From assembly GCA_007376385.1 (NCBI GenBank), contig VMGC01000002.1:136372-200371 (forward strand): DNA of 64,000 nucleotides, given 5' to 3'. This document shows positions 37,701-47,802 of this stretch, piece by piece. The translations under genes and the position numbers were made by a program. Numbering within the stretch: the stretch's first letter is position 1; each line of letters starts with the position of its first letter. The notes beneath the pieces are model-generated. The model ran no database searches and had not been told where the DNA came from. It worked only from the letters and a program-made list of their open reading frames with translations. The DNA comes from Parcubacteria group bacterium Gr01-1014_8. GTDB taxonomy: Bacteria; Patescibacteriota; Minisyncoccia; Phycocordibacterales; UBA2100.

Positions 37701-38288
37701 ATGTTTACAGGAATTATCACACATACCGGGACTATCTCTCGTACATCTCCATCAAAGATTGCGATTCGTGCAGATCGCGATTTTGTGCAAAAGTTGGGTT
37801 ACGGCACCAGCGTTAGTGTGGGCGGAGTATGTCTCACCGTTATCTCAAAAAATAGCGATTCGTTTTCGGCGGACATTATGCCGGAAACCGCACGGCGTAC
37901 TACCTTGGGAAGTCTTCATCGCGGTGACTTGGTAAATTTAGAGCATCCGGCAACCCCCTTGTCGTTCCTTTCGGGTCACATAGTGCAAGGTCATATCGAT
38001 GGTATAGGGACATTACGGCAGATCCGTGCGCACAAGATGGGTTGGATCGTGTCGATCGCCTCTCCGGCAGCTCTCCTGCGCTACATCGTCGCGAAGGGAT
38101 CGATAGCGGTAAATGGCATTTCACTTACGGTCATCGGAAGGGGCCGCTCATACTTCACGGTAGGTATAATCCCTCACACATGGAAAACCACGACGTTCCA
38201 TGAACTCGCGCAGGGGAGCAGTGTCAACATTGAAGTGGATGTCCTCGCAAAGTATGTCGAGACATTTGTTCGGGATCGCCGCATATGA
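37701..38288 (+). CDS. ribE: Riboflavin synthase (alpha subunit)
   Basis: MFTGIITHTG N-terminus and internal duplication typical of riboflavin synthase; the track ORF starts upstream, inside the riboswitch. Confidence 0.85.
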   Translation: MFTGIITHTGTISRTSPSKIAIRADRDFVQKLGYGTSVSVGGVCLTVISKNSDSFSADIMPETARRTTLGSLHRGDLVNLEHPATPLSFLSGHIVQGHIDGIGTLRQIRAHKMGWIVSIASPAALLRYIVAKGSIAVNGISLTVIGRGRSYFTVGIIPHTWKTTTFHELAQGSSVNIEVDVLAKYVETFVRDRRI

Positions 38289-38728
38289 AAAAGATCGGCG
38301 ATATACGGATCGGCATCATCGGAAGCTCTTTCCGAGAGAATATCACTGCAGAACTTGAAAAACGTTGCGTGAAAACACTTCGAGTACGAGGGATATCAAA
38401 AGAACACATTCACCTTGTACGTGTTCCTGGTGCCTTCGAGATACCGCTTGTTGCAAAAAAAATGGCAATGCAGAGAACATACGACGCGCTCATAACATTT
38501 GGTGCGATCCTTAAAGGAAAAACGTACCACTTCGAACAAATAGCGAATGAGTGTGCGCGCGGCTGTGCCGAGGTGTCGCGTGCGTACGATATTCCTATTA
38601 TCTTCGAGGTGCTCGCGGTCTACGATCTGAGGGATGCGCTCGAACGCGCAACACGACCACATGAAAACAAAGGCGTCGAAGCGGCTGAATCTGCTTTAGC
38701 CATGATCAAGCTCATGTCGTCGCTATGA
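38285..38728 (+). CDS. ribH: 6,7-dimethyl-8-ribityllumazine synthase
   Basis: VPGAFEIP motif; approximately 147 aa. Confidence 0.9.
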   Translation: MKKIGDIRIGIIGSSFRENITAELEKRCVKTLRVRGISKEHIHLVRVPGAFEIPLVAKKMAMQRTYDALITFGAILKGKTYHFEQIANECARGCAEVSRAYDIPIIFEVLAVYDLRDALERATRPHENKGVEAAESALAMIKLMSSL

Positions 38729-39951
38729 ATCACTTTTCCACCATACCGGAGGCGATCGCTGAAATAAAGAAAGGAAAGCTCCTCATCGTTGCTGATAGTC
38801 CAAAGCGGGAGAATGAAGCCGATTTTTTTATTCCAGCTGGGGGAGTAACGCCCACAGCCATCACAACCATGGTTACGTACGGCGGCGGCCTTGTCTGTGT
38901 TGCTATTACGAGCGCACAAGCCAGGCGTTTGCACGTACCTCTCATGGTTTCGCCCGGCGAGAATACTGAAAAAACGGGCGTAAATTTTACGGTGTCGGTC
39001 AATGCAAGACGAGGTATCACAACGGGAATTTCTGCATTCGATCGAGCGAAAACGATCCGCATTCTCGCTGATCCGCACTCGAATGAACAGGACATAGTAA
39101 AGCCTGGGCATGTCTTCGGTCTCGTTGCTCGTGACGGCGGTGTGCTCGAACGGGAGGGACATACTGAAGCTGCAGTCGATCTCTCGCGCCTTGCGGGGAA
39201 AATGTCTGCCGGCGTCTTGTGCGAAATTGTTGGAAGAAACGGACACATGGCGAAACGAGACGAACTCATCCGGCTGTCGCGGAAGCTTGATATAAAGATG
39301 ATAACAATACGCGACCTTGCGCGCTACCTTCGTGCACATCCTCTGCCGTTGCTCCCCAAACATCATGGTCTCGTGCGCGTCTCCTCTGCCGCGCTGCCGA
39401 CCGCATACGGCACGTTTACTGTCGTCGCTTACAGATCTATTTTGGATAATCGAGAGCATGCAGCTCTCATTCTTGGGGAACCGCGGGGAAACGCCTTGGT
39501 GCGCATTCATTCCGGATGTCTTACGGGTGATGCTCTGTTTTCACTCCGTTGCGACTGCGGCTCGCAGCTGGCGAAAGCCATGCGAATGGTGCAAAAAGCG
39601 AAGCAAGGTGTCATTGTGTATCTAAATCAGGAAGGCAGGGGGATCGGTCTTGGGAACAAGATCAAAGCATACGCGCTGCAGGATGAGGGATACGATACGG
39701 TAGAGGCGAATCACAAGCTGGGGCTGCCTGCCGATCCGCGCAGCTATGAGGCGGCGGCGGATATTCTCAAAGATCTCGGCATACGCGATGTGCGCCTTCT
39801 CACGAATAACCCCGAAAAGGAGAAGCAGCTTTCACATTTCGGCATAAGAATTACGCAGCGCATTCCGCTCGAGATCCCGCCGAATGGTGTGAATGCAGCA
39901 TATCTCAAGACGAAGAAGCAGAAACTAGGGCATACGCTCTCCAATGTGTAG
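38725..39951 (+). CDS. ribBA: Bifunctional 3,4-dihydroxy-2-butanone-4-phosphate synthase / GTP cyclohydrolase II
   Basis: DHBP synthase N-half (RENEADF) and GCH-II C-half (CDCGSQL Zn motif). Confidence 0.9.
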   Translation: MNHFSTIPEAIAEIKKGKLLIVADSPKRENEADFFIPAGGVTPTAITTMVTYGGGLVCVAITSAQARRLHVPLMVSPGENTEKTGVNFTVSVNARRGITTGISAFDRAKTIRILADPHSNEQDIVKPGHVFGLVARDGGVLEREGHTEAAVDLSRLAGKMSAGVLCEIVGRNGHMAKRDELIRLSRKLDIKMITIRDLARYLRAHPLPLLPKHHGLVRVSSAALPTAYGTFTVVAYRSILDNREHAALILGEPRGNALVRIHSGCLTGDALFSLRCDCGSQLAKAMRMVQKAKQGVIVYLNQEGRGIGLGNKIKAYALQDEGYDTVEANHKLGLPADPRSYEAAADILKDLGIRDVRLLTNNPEKEKQLSHFGIRITQRIPLEIPPNGVNAAYLKTKKQKLGHTLSNV

Positions 39952-39954
39952 CGT

Positions 39955-41046
39955 ATGCGCACATCCTCTACCGACTCTACCGACGAACGATTTATGCGCG
40001 AGACATTTCGACTCGCAAAGAAAGGCGTCGGTTGGACAAACCCCAATCCGATGGTTGGCGCCGTGATTGTGAAGAATAGGAAAATAGTAGGAAAGGGTTA
40101 CCACAGAAAGCTCGGTTTGCCGCATGCAGAAGTCGAAGCCTTGAGTGACGCGGGTACGGCGGCAAGGGGCGCCGTGCTCTATACGAATCTTGAACCGTGC
40201 AGTCATTTTGGCAGAACACCGCCGTGTGCGAACGCGATCATTCAAGCGGGCATCCGTCGGGTCGTTTGTGCCACGCGGGATCCGAATGCGTTCGCTCGCG
40301 GCGGTGTCGAGAAATTGCGGCAAGCTGGTATTAAGGTCTCGACTGGTATTCTTGAGAAAGAGGCGCGTGACCTAAATGAGGCATTTTTCACATTCCATGA
40401 AAAGCAGCGACCATTCGTGGCTCTCAAATTTGCAGCAAGTCTTGACGGAAAATTGGCGACACGGAGAGGAGATTCGAAATGGATCACAAATGAACGTGCT
40501 CGCGCGCATGCTCGACGCTTGCGCGGTGCGTATCAAGCCGTTCTTATCGGGATCGAGACAGTTATTGCGGACGACCCGCATCTTGGTGTACGCACGAGAG
40601 GTCTGAGAGATCCGCTTCGTATTGTTCTTGATTCGGATCTTCGAATTTCACTTTCTGCGCGCGTGCTGCGTGATTCGCATGTCGTCATTGCAACAACAAA
40701 GAATGCCTCGGCGCGAAAAAGGAAACAACTTACGCATCGTGGCATCCGCGTGCTGACATTCAGCGGCGGCCGCATTTCACCCGAGGCGCTTTTCGCGGCG
40801 CTCCGGAAGATGAACGTTATTAGCGTGCTCGTCGAAGGTGGCGGCGCAGTGTTGGGGAGCATTATTGACGCCGATAGTGCAGACAGGATTTATGTCTTTT
40901 ATGCTCCTATCCTCATTGGTGGAAAACGCGCCGTCGTGATCGGCGGGCGGGGAGCTGACCGCATTTCGAATGCGCTTCGCGTTGCACAGGTCTCTGTCCA
41001 TCATTTTGGTGACAATATTCTCGTGACGGGGTCTACCCGGTCTTGA
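39955..41046 (+). CDS. ribD: Bifunctional diaminohydroxyphosphoribosylaminopyrimidine deaminase / 5-amino-6-(5-phosphoribosylamino)uracil reductase
   Basis: CMP/dCMP deaminase Zn motif HAEVEAL...PCSHFGRTPPC plus a reductase C-half. Confidence 0.85.
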   Translation: MRTSSTDSTDERFMRETFRLAKKGVGWTNPNPMVGAVIVKNRKIVGKGYHRKLGLPHAEVEALSDAGTAARGAVLYTNLEPCSHFGRTPPCANAIIQAGIRRVVCATRDPNAFARGGVEKLRQAGIKVSTGILEKEARDLNEAFFTFHEKQRPFVALKFAASLDGKLATRRGDSKWITNERARAHARRLRGAYQAVLIGIETVIADDPHLGVRTRGLRDPLRIVLDSDLRISLSARVLRDSHVVIATTKNASARKRKQLTHRGIRVLTFSGGRISPEALFAALRKMNVISVLVEGGGAVLGSIIDADSADRIYVFYAPILIGGKRAVVIGGRGADRISNALRVAQVSVHHFGDNILVTGSTRS

Positions 41047-41077
41047 ATCGCTCGTCGGATCCAATCTAGTCGGAATA

Positions 41078-41575
41078 TTACGGCGTAACTGTAAACGTAC
41101 CCTTCATTCCCATTGCGCGGTGGTTGCCGACGGAGCAGTAGAATTCAAAGGTGCCTTCTTTGTCCGCTGTGAATTCGATCGATTGGGACATGCCGTTTTG
41201 CAATACCTCTGTGCCGATGTTGTAGACCTCGATACGGAAATCGTGCGTGCCGCCTCCGTTTTTGAAGGTTATCTTTACTTTGTCGCCCTTTTTGACGGAT
41301 ATATTTTTTGGGTTGAACGTAAATCCCTGATTTGTGACGTTGAACTCCTTCACCACGGCTACGTCGCCGCCGGCTTGGACTCCGATGTTAACAGTTGCGC
41401 CGGGCGATGCAGTGCCATTCGTTGACGTGTTGGCGGCCGGCTCTTCTGGCGGAATAAGGCCGTCTGTTTGAGTTGGATCCGCCCCAAGCATGTTGTTGCT
41501 CGAATTCTTGCTCCAATACATATACCCTCCGCCGATAAGGACGAGAGCGATGAGAATGATAAGTAGTGTTCGCAT
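41078..41575 (-). CDS. Membrane-anchored cupredoxin (type-1 copper, plastocyanin/azurin-like) protein
   Basis: N-terminal TM, Thr/Ser-rich linker, copper ligands H (THDFRI) and C...H...M (YCSVGNHRAMGM). Confidence 0.7.
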   Translation of the reverse strand: MRTLLIILIALVLIGGGYMYWSKNSSNNMLGADPTQTDGLIPPEEPAANTSTNGTASPGATVNIGVQAGGDVAVVKEFNVTNQGFTFNPKNISVKKGDKVKITFKNGGGTHDFRIEVYNIGTEVLQNGMSQSIEFTADKEGTFEFYCSVGNHRAMGMKGTFTVTP

Positions 41576-41750
41576 GTGTGATAAATGTTAACTCTTATAA
41601 CGAAGCATTAGGATACCATATGCGAAAGGGGAAATTGTGAAGAAGTATAGCAACGTTGACAGATTATTCAGAATCTGTTAAAGTGCAGCCATCAACCTTC
41701 TCTTTGGTTTTTTGTCTTGAGAGCTTCTCGGGGCCCGCATGTAGGGATTT

Positions 41751-43109
41751 GTGCGGAAAACACTCTCGAGACGCGTTGACTTAATAAAAGCCGGAGGGAA
41801 TCTCTCTGTTTTCAACTTGTCCTGCATGTATAGTCGAAACCCACACACATCACGTTCTTCGTCGCATTCCGGACCTTCGCGGTCAGGACAGCGCTCTTCG
41901 AGCAGACGACCTTTTCGCAGTTCGTATGGCCGCTCCTCTCACGGCTACGGAGGCAATCGTCGCGTTTCAAGCGGACGAACTTCACAGGCGGATCGCGGGC
42001 GCGGTGCTCACATCCCGCATTCAAAGTTCATCAGTAAGGCCGTAGAACCGGAGTCGGTGGAAGTATTTGTGCCGAAGCACACATTTGCTAACTTCGCTAT
42101 CGATGAACGATTGAAAAAGAACATCGTCAAGAAAGGATACACGACGCCAACACCAATTCAGGATGCAGCAATTCCTCTTGCCTTGCACGGCCGCGATGTC
42201 GTCGGGCTTGCAGAAACAGGGACCGGTAAAACTGGTGCATTCCTCATTCCTCTTATCGACAAAGTGCTTAAGAATGACAGCGAAAGCGTCCTCATCATGG
42301 CGCCGACGCGCGAACTTGCGGTGCAAATAGACGAGGAATTCCGGGGCTTTGCATCAGGGCTTCCGCTTCGCTCCGCGCTCGTCATAGGCGGCGCCAACAT
42401 CAATTCGCAAATTCGAAGCCTACGCTACGGTCCGCAATTCGTCATCGGAACTCCCGGCCGCATCATGGACCTAATGGGCCAGAATGAACTCCGGCTTGCG
42501 AAATGCGCAAACGTCGTACTCGATGAGGCTGATCGTATGCTCGACATGGGGTTCATCGAGAGCGTAAAAAAGATCCTCGCCACAATGCCTGCAAAAAGGC
42601 ACACGTTGTTTTTTTCTGCGACGCTGGGGCGGGAGATAGAGCAACTTATTGGTGACTTCCTTACTGAACCTGAACGTATATCCGTCAAAACACAAGACAC
42701 ATCAAAAAATGTTGACCAGGATATTGTACGGATTCAGTCTGGAAGGACAAAACTCGACCATCTCTCGGAACTTCTTAAAGACAACAATTTTACAAAAGTG
42801 CTCGTCTTTGGACGCACAAAGCACGGCGTGGAGAAGCTTTCAAAACTTTTGAAACAGACTGGATTCAGCGTCGAATCGATCCATGGGAATAAATCGCACA
42901 GCCAGCGCCAGCGGGCACTCCAACTTTTCAAAGATGAAAAAGTGCAGGTTCTTGTAGCGACGGATGTCGCGGCGCGCGGTTTGGACATTCCGAAGGTATC
43001 GCATGTCATCAACTTCGATGTTCCGGGAACGTATGACGACTACGTGCACCGCATAGGGCGAACGGGCCGGGCAGGAGAAAGAGGGAAGGCGCTGACGTTT
43101 ATTGAATAA
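41751..43109 (+). CDS. DEAD-box ATP-dependent RNA helicase with an Arg/Ser/Gly-rich N-terminal extension
   Basis: Q-motif, AETGTGKT, DEAD (VLDEADRM), SAT, HRIGRTGRAG; approximately 100-aa RS-rich leader; start uncertain (41751 or 41826). Confidence 0.85.
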   Translation: MRKTLSRRVDLIKAGGNLSVFNLSCMYSRNPHTSRSSSHSGPSRSGQRSSSRRPFRSSYGRSSHGYGGNRRVSSGRTSQADRGRGAHIPHSKFISKAVEPESVEVFVPKHTFANFAIDERLKKNIVKKGYTTPTPIQDAAIPLALHGRDVVGLAETGTGKTGAFLIPLIDKVLKNDSESVLIMAPTRELAVQIDEEFRGFASGLPLRSALVIGGANINSQIRSLRYGPQFVIGTPGRIMDLMGQNELRLAKCANVVLDEADRMLDMGFIESVKKILATMPAKRHTLFFSATLGREIEQLIGDFLTEPERISVKTQDTSKNVDQDIVRIQSGRTKLDHLSELLKDNNFTKVLVFGRTKHGVEKLSKLLKQTGFSVESIHGNKSHSQRQRALQLFKDEKVQVLVATDVAARGLDIPKVSHVINFDVPGTYDDYVHRIGRTGRAGERGKALTFIE

Positions 43110-43110
43110 T

Positions 43111-43272
43111 ATGGCAAAAGAAGCGAATAAAACATCGGTAAGGACAACACCACGAGGCGTGTATGTCTACAAACCGATCAAGAGTGTCATCGTACTCTGC
43201 GAGTGCGGCAATAAATACGTCAAAACGCGGTTGAGACAGGTTGTGTGTATCCGCTGTATCAACGATCGGTAA
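43111..43272 (+). CDS. Possible 53-aa zinc-ribbon protein (CECG...CIRC) immediately downstream of the helicase
   Basis: Translated by hand: MAKEANKTSVRTTPRGVYVYKPIKSVIVLCECGNKYVKTRLRQVVCIRCINDR; below the 60-aa cutoff of the track. Confidence 0.35.
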   Translation: MAKEANKTSVRTTPRGVYVYKPIKSVIVLCECGNKYVKTRLRQVVCIRCINDR

Positions 43273-43399
43273 AAACGGGTTTTCCGTCGATCCCCGATGC
43301 ACGCATCGGGGCATTCTCGGCGTCCGCCCAGTAAAATACCAACACACTTTGAGTACTCTGGCAAGTTGCGCATAAAACGACTGGAGGTACCATGGGGGC

Positions 43400-44188
43400 A
43401 TGAAAACTGCCTTGAGAGTGGGCTTATTGGTAGCTGCAGGTGTACTGTTTTTTGGCTCATTTGCAGAGGCAGACCATGCATGGGCACCGTATCACTGGGC
43501 ACGTACAGCGAACCCATTTACGATCCAGTTGGGCGATAACCTCACATCTGCATGGGATCCATACCTCGTTACCGCGGCCTCTGATTGGAGTATTTCATCG
43601 GTTCTCGATGTGACGATTGTCGCGAGTGGAAAGAACCCTAAGACGTGCCGGCCGACTGCAGGCCGTGGTGAAGTGTGCAACGCGAAATACGGTTCAAACG
43701 GCTGGCTCGGTATCGCGCAAATTTGGATAATGGGCGACCATATCACGCAGGGCGTCGTCAAATTGAACGATACGTACTTTACGAGGGCAACGTACAATAC
43801 TGCCGCATGGAAAAATCTCGTCATGTGCCAAGAGGTTGGTCACGTGTTCGGCCTTGACCACCAAGACGAAAATATGACGAATCCGAACCTGGATACATGC
43901 ATGGATTACACCAATAACCCTGAATCTAATCAGCACCCGAATGCGCACGACTACGAAATGCTTGAAACTATTTATGCACATCTCGATCCAACAACGACGT
44001 TAAGCCAATCGGCAGCAGCGAAAGCGCAGGCGCCCGAGAGTGTGGATGAAGTTCGAGAATGGGGCCGTGAGATACGACGTTCTGCAGACGGTCGCGCATC
44101 GCTTTTCGAGCGCGACTTTGGAGGACAGAAAGTGTTCACGCACGTGTTCTGGGCGGAAGAGGATGGCCGCTTTACGCGCGAACGCTAG
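43400..44188 (+). CDS. Secreted zinc metalloprotease, metzincin-type (snapalysin/M7-like)
   Basis: Signal peptide; HExxHxxGxxH motif (QEVGHVFGLDHQ). Confidence 0.7.
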   Translation: MKTALRVGLLVAAGVLFFGSFAEADHAWAPYHWARTANPFTIQLGDNLTSAWDPYLVTAASDWSISSVLDVTIVASGKNPKTCRPTAGRGEVCNAKYGSNGWLGIAQIWIMGDHITQGVVKLNDTYFTRATYNTAAWKNLVMCQEVGHVFGLDHQDENMTNPNLDTCMDYTNNPESNQHPNAHDYEMLETIYAHLDPTTTLSQSAAAKAQAPESVDEVREWGREIRRSADGRASLFERDFGGQKVFTHVFWAEEDGRFTRER

Positions 44189-44196
44189 AGTCGCAC

Positions 44197-44538
44197 ATGA
44201 CCATTAGTTACGAGGATTTTACGAAAGTCGATATTCGTGTCGGCAAGATACTAGAAGTATCTGATTTTCCTGAAGCCAGAAAGCCAGCGTTCAAGCTGAA
44301 GATAGACTTCGGATTTGAAATCGGCATTAAGCAATCAAGCGTGCAGGCAGTGGGCGCTCACACGAAAGAGGAACTGCTAGGAATGCTCGTATGCTGTGTT
44401 GTGAATTTTCCTCCGAAAAAAGTCGCTGACTTTACATCAGAAGTACTGACGCTCGGATTCAAGAATACGGCGGATATCGGCTGGGTTCTCATTACGCCGG
44501 GGAAAGACAGCGTGGAGTTAGGGAGTAAACTTGCATAG
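44197..44538 (+). CDS. tRNA-binding protein (CsaA/Trbp111 EMAP-like OB-fold)
   Basis: FTKVDIRVGKILEV N-terminus and size typical of CsaA/YgjH. Confidence 0.8.
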   Translation: MTISYEDFTKVDIRVGKILEVSDFPEARKPAFKLKIDFGFEIGIKQSSVQAVGAHTKEELLGMLVCCVVNFPPKKVADFTSEVLTLGFKNTADIGWVLITPGKDSVELGSKLA

Positions 44539-44617
44539 GCAGAGGTTGGATTTTTGACGATTTTGATATACTATGGTGCAACTTGCCTCGCAAGCGAGGC
44601 ATTTTTCATTCAAGCCT

Positions 44618-46417
44618 ATGGAAATCCGTAATATCGCAATTATTGCCCATGTTGACCACGGGAAAACGACTCTGACGGATGCAATTTTGCGTCAGACTGG
44701 AGCGGCGGAAGCCGGTGTTTCGATGGACTCCAACAAACTCGAACAGGAGCGAGGTATCACCATCTATGCAAAAAATGCTTCTGTTCAATACAAAGGAACA
44801 AAGATAAACATCGTCGATACTCCTGGGCACGCGGATTTCGGCTCTGAGGTCGAGCGCGTGCTTCGTTCTATTGATTCGGTCTTGCTCGTCGTTGATGCGC
44901 AAGAAGGCCCGATGCCTCAAACCCGATTCGTTTTGAAAAAGTCTCTTGAACTCGGCCTCAGACCAATAGTCGTCATCAATAAGATAGACAAGCCTGCGGC
45001 AGACCCGGCAAAAGCGGAGGAGGGTGTTTTAGAGCTTTTCCTTGAACTCGGTGCATCTGATGAGCAATCGAATTTTCCCGTCGTCTACGCGATCGGCAAG
45101 CAGGGAAGGGCAATGTTGAAATTGGGTGATAATTCGACCGATTTAAGGCCGCTTCTGGATGTCATCCTGGAAAAGGTGCCTGTTGCGTCAAATGTTGATG
45201 CAAGCAAGCCCCTTCGCGCCCAACCGTTCAATCTTGCGTATGACAATTTTCTCGGACGTATGGGTATCGCGCGTGTGTATGAAGGGTCACTCAGGGCGGG
45301 CTCAAATGTGTTCATAAAGACTCCAACCGGGGAATCGCGACAAGGAAAAATAACGAAGATGTTCACATTCAACGGCTTGAAGCGTGTCGAAGCTACAGAA
45401 GTAGGAGCCGGGGACATCGTGCTCATTGCTGGTATTCCCGACATCGAAATTGGAGAAACAATTTCGACAAGCGTTGATGTGGATGCACTTCCGGCAATAG
45501 CCGTTGATGAGCCTACGATCTCATTGAATTTCTTGGTGAACAATTCACCAGTCGGAGGACGCGAAGGAAAGTTTGTCACGTCACGCCAACTTCGAGAGCG
45601 GCTCGAACGTGAGCTCGAAGTGAATGTCGGTCTCCGCGTCGAATTCTCATACGAGGGTGGAGCAGAAGGCATGTTCAAAGTGTCAGGTCGCGGCGAGCTT
45701 CACATTGCGATACTTCTCGAGAATATGCGGCGCGAAGGGTACGAAATGCAGGTATCGCAGCCGAGCGTCATTGTGCATGAGGAGAACGGCGTGAAAACGG
45801 AACCGTTCGAAGAGGTTGTGATAGACACGCCAACAATATACCAGGGCGCCATTATCGAACGCTTAGGGCAGCGCGGATTCGTGATGACGAACCTGCTTCC
45901 GCACAGCGAGAGCGTACGCCTGATTTTTGAAGGTCCGACGAGAGGACTTCTCGGATACCGCAATCAATTTGTGATAGATACAAAAGGCGAGGGTATCATA
46001 GCAGCACGGGTGATAGGCTTCAGGCATTTTGGAGGAGAAATTCGAAAGCGTACGACCGGTTCGATGATATCGATGGCGTCCGGCAAGGCGCTCGGATATT
46101 CGCTGTGGAATTTGCAGGATAGGGGAACGCTGTACATAGGACCAGGAACAGAAGTGTACGAAGGCATGGTGCTTGGCGATACATCCAAAGGCGAAGAAAT
46201 GGAAGTGAACCCGACGAAGAACAAGAATCTTACGAACGTGCGTGCTTCGGCTTTGGATGAGGCAATTAACCTTGTGCCGCCGTACACACTCACGATTGAG
46301 CGCGGGCTCGAAGTTATGGCGAAGGATGAATATTTGGAAGTGACCCCACAGAATGTGCGCCTCCGAAAACAGAAACTTTTGGCGAGTGAGCGTTCCAAAG
46401 TGCGGCGGCAGAACTAA
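44618..46417 (+). CDS. typA: Translational GTPase TypA/BipA
   Basis: [18 protein letters not shown]1, DTPGHADF; approximately 600 aa. Confidence 0.9.
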   Translation: MEIRNIAIIAHVDHGKTTLTDAILRQTGAAEAGVSMDSNKLEQERGITIYAKNASVQYKGTKINIVDTPGHADFGSEVERVLRSIDSVLLVVDAQEGPMPQTRFVLKKSLELGLRPIVVINKIDKPAADPAKAEEGVLELFLELGASDEQSNFPVVYAIGKQGRAMLKLGDNSTDLRPLLDVILEKVPVASNVDASKPLRAQPFNLAYDNFLGRMGIARVYEGSLRAGSNVFIKTPTGESRQGKITKMFTFNGLKRVEATEVGAGDIVLIAGIPDIEIGETISTSVDVDALPAIAVDEPTISLNFLVNNSPVGGREGKFVTSRQLRERLERELEVNVGLRVEFSYEGGAEGMFKVSGRGELHIAILLENMRREGYEMQVSQPSVIVHEENGVKTEPFEEVVIDTPTIYQGAIIERLGQRGFVMTNLLPHSESVRLIFEGPTRGLLGYRNQFVIDTKGEGIIAARVIGFRHFGGEIRKRTTGSMISMASGKALGYSLWNLQDRGTLYIGPGTEVYEGMVLGDTSKGEEMEVNPTKNKNLTNVRASALDEAINLVPPYTLTIERGLEVMAKDEYLEVTPQNVRLRKQKLLASERSKVRRQN

Positions 46418-46492
46418 AGGGTAATGGCTCTCCTCCAGCCGGCGGATAGCGCTATGTGAGCTGTTGAATGGTTCAAATGCTATTATTCCGGC

Positions 46493-47029
46493 ATGAAAAC
46501 GGCTGTGTTTGGCGGCGGATGCTTTTGGTGCACTGAAGCGGTATTTCAAATGCTGAAGGGGGTAAACAAAGTCGAATCAGGCTATGCGGGTGGGTCAGTC
46601 GCGAACCCCTCGTACGAACGGGTTTCAATGGGGAATACGGGCCATGCCGAGGTCATACGAGTAACCTATGACCCGGCTGTCATCACGTACGAGGACCTTC
46701 TGACGGTTTTTTTCGGTTCGCATGACCCGACAACGCCGAATCGGCAGGGGAATGACGTTGGTGAGCAGTATCGTTCAGTGATTTTGTACCAAACGGACGA
46801 CGAGAAAAATGTCGCAGAACGAGTTGCAAAAGAAATACAGGAGTCCTTGAAAGATAGTACGCGAGTCATTACGCAAATCAGTCCGCTGAAAGAATTTTAT
46901 CCTGCGGAGGAATATCACAAGAATTACTACAAACAAAATTCCTCCGCGCCGTATTGCATGCTCATCATCGAGCCGAAAGTCGAGAAAGTCCGGAAGCGAT
47001 TTGCGCAGCTAGTTAACCCAGGCGCATAA
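46493..47029 (+). CDS. msrA: Peptide-methionine (S)-S-oxide reductase
   Basis: GGGCFWCTEAVF active site. Confidence 0.9.
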   Translation: MKTAVFGGGCFWCTEAVFQMLKGVNKVESGYAGGSVANPSYERVSMGNTGHAEVIRVTYDPAVITYEDLLTVFFGSHDPTTPNRQGNDVGEQYRSVILYQTDDEKNVAERVAKEIQESLKDSTRVITQISPLKEFYPAEEYHKNYYKQNSSAPYCMLIIEPKVEKVRKRFAQLVNPGA

Positions 47030-47439
47030 TGCCAGCGATGAAAAGAGAAGACTTTGAAAAATTGGCCGGAGAAGGGTTCGAGCGCCTGCCTGAATGGGTG
47101 CGGTTGAAAATTAAGAATGTAGCGCTCTTGGTGGAAGATGAGCCATCTGACGAGGTGAGAGCGCGAGAAGGACTCTCGCATGAGGAAACACTTCTCGGGT
47201 ATTACCAGGGGATTCCTCTCTCTGTGAGAGGCGAAAACTACGGTGTTGGTGCAACAATGCCGGACACGATCACGTTGTACCAGCATCCTATCGAAGATGC
47301 TGCAGTCGAAGATGGAATGGACGTTCGCGATGTTGTTGCGGATACAATATGGCACGAATTCGCACATCATTTTGGAATGGATGAGCACGAAGTGCGAGAG
47401 AGGGAAAAGAATAGAACTGAATCCCATCCTACGGATTGA
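47029..47439 (+). CDS. Small zincin-like metallopeptidase-family protein (COG3824-like)
   Basis: HEFAHHFG HExxH motif in an approximately 135-aa protein. Confidence 0.55.
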   Translation: MPAMKREDFEKLAGEGFERLPEWVRLKIKNVALLVEDEPSDEVRAREGLSHEETLLGYYQGIPLSVRGENYGVGATMPDTITLYQHPIEDAAVEDGMDVRDVVADTIWHEFAHHFGMDEHEVREREKNRTESHPTD

Positions 47440-47511
47440 TCAATAAAAAATGGATTGCAGCCTCTACTTGGTCTGATACACTCACCCTATTAATCCCAAC
47501 TCAATTGAAAT

Positions 47512-47736
47512 ATGGGCACATTTGGCAAAGGAGAAGCACCTTCCGATGAAAGTAAATGGTCTCAAGGAATGTTAGATGAGTTCGAAAAGGAATATTGGAT
47601 TCTATTAGGGAAGGGGCAAAAAAATGAGCTAAATGACGTAGATGCTAGGCGAAGGGATTATCTGTACGATCAATTTGGGGAAAAAGAGCGAAGAAAAAGA
47701 GAGATACCGACTCGAGTCATCAAGCCAAGAGGGTGA
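47512..47736 (+). CDS. Small hypothetical protein (74 aa, highly charged)
   Basis: ORF only. Confidence 0.3.
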   Translation: MGTFGKGEAPSDESKWSQGMLDEFEKEYWILLGKGQKNELNDVDARRRDYLYDQFGEKERRKREIPTRVIKPRG

Positions 47737-47802
47737 TTTGCAGTCCCAGAAAGGATTAAACGGGAACCGTGAATGATGCACATTTTGTGCTATATTTTTC
47801 GT

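Noticed and set aside
41660-41692. E. coli-type LexA box (CTGT-N8-ACAG)
   Set aside because: The palindrome is ACAGATT-N6-AATCTGT (reversed half-sites, different spacing); treated as a promoter/operator of unknown specificity instead.
47440-47802. T-box riboswitch upstream of tyrS
   Set aside because: Looked for the conserved T-box sequence (AGGGUGGNACCGCG) and a specifier-loop arrangement; neither found.
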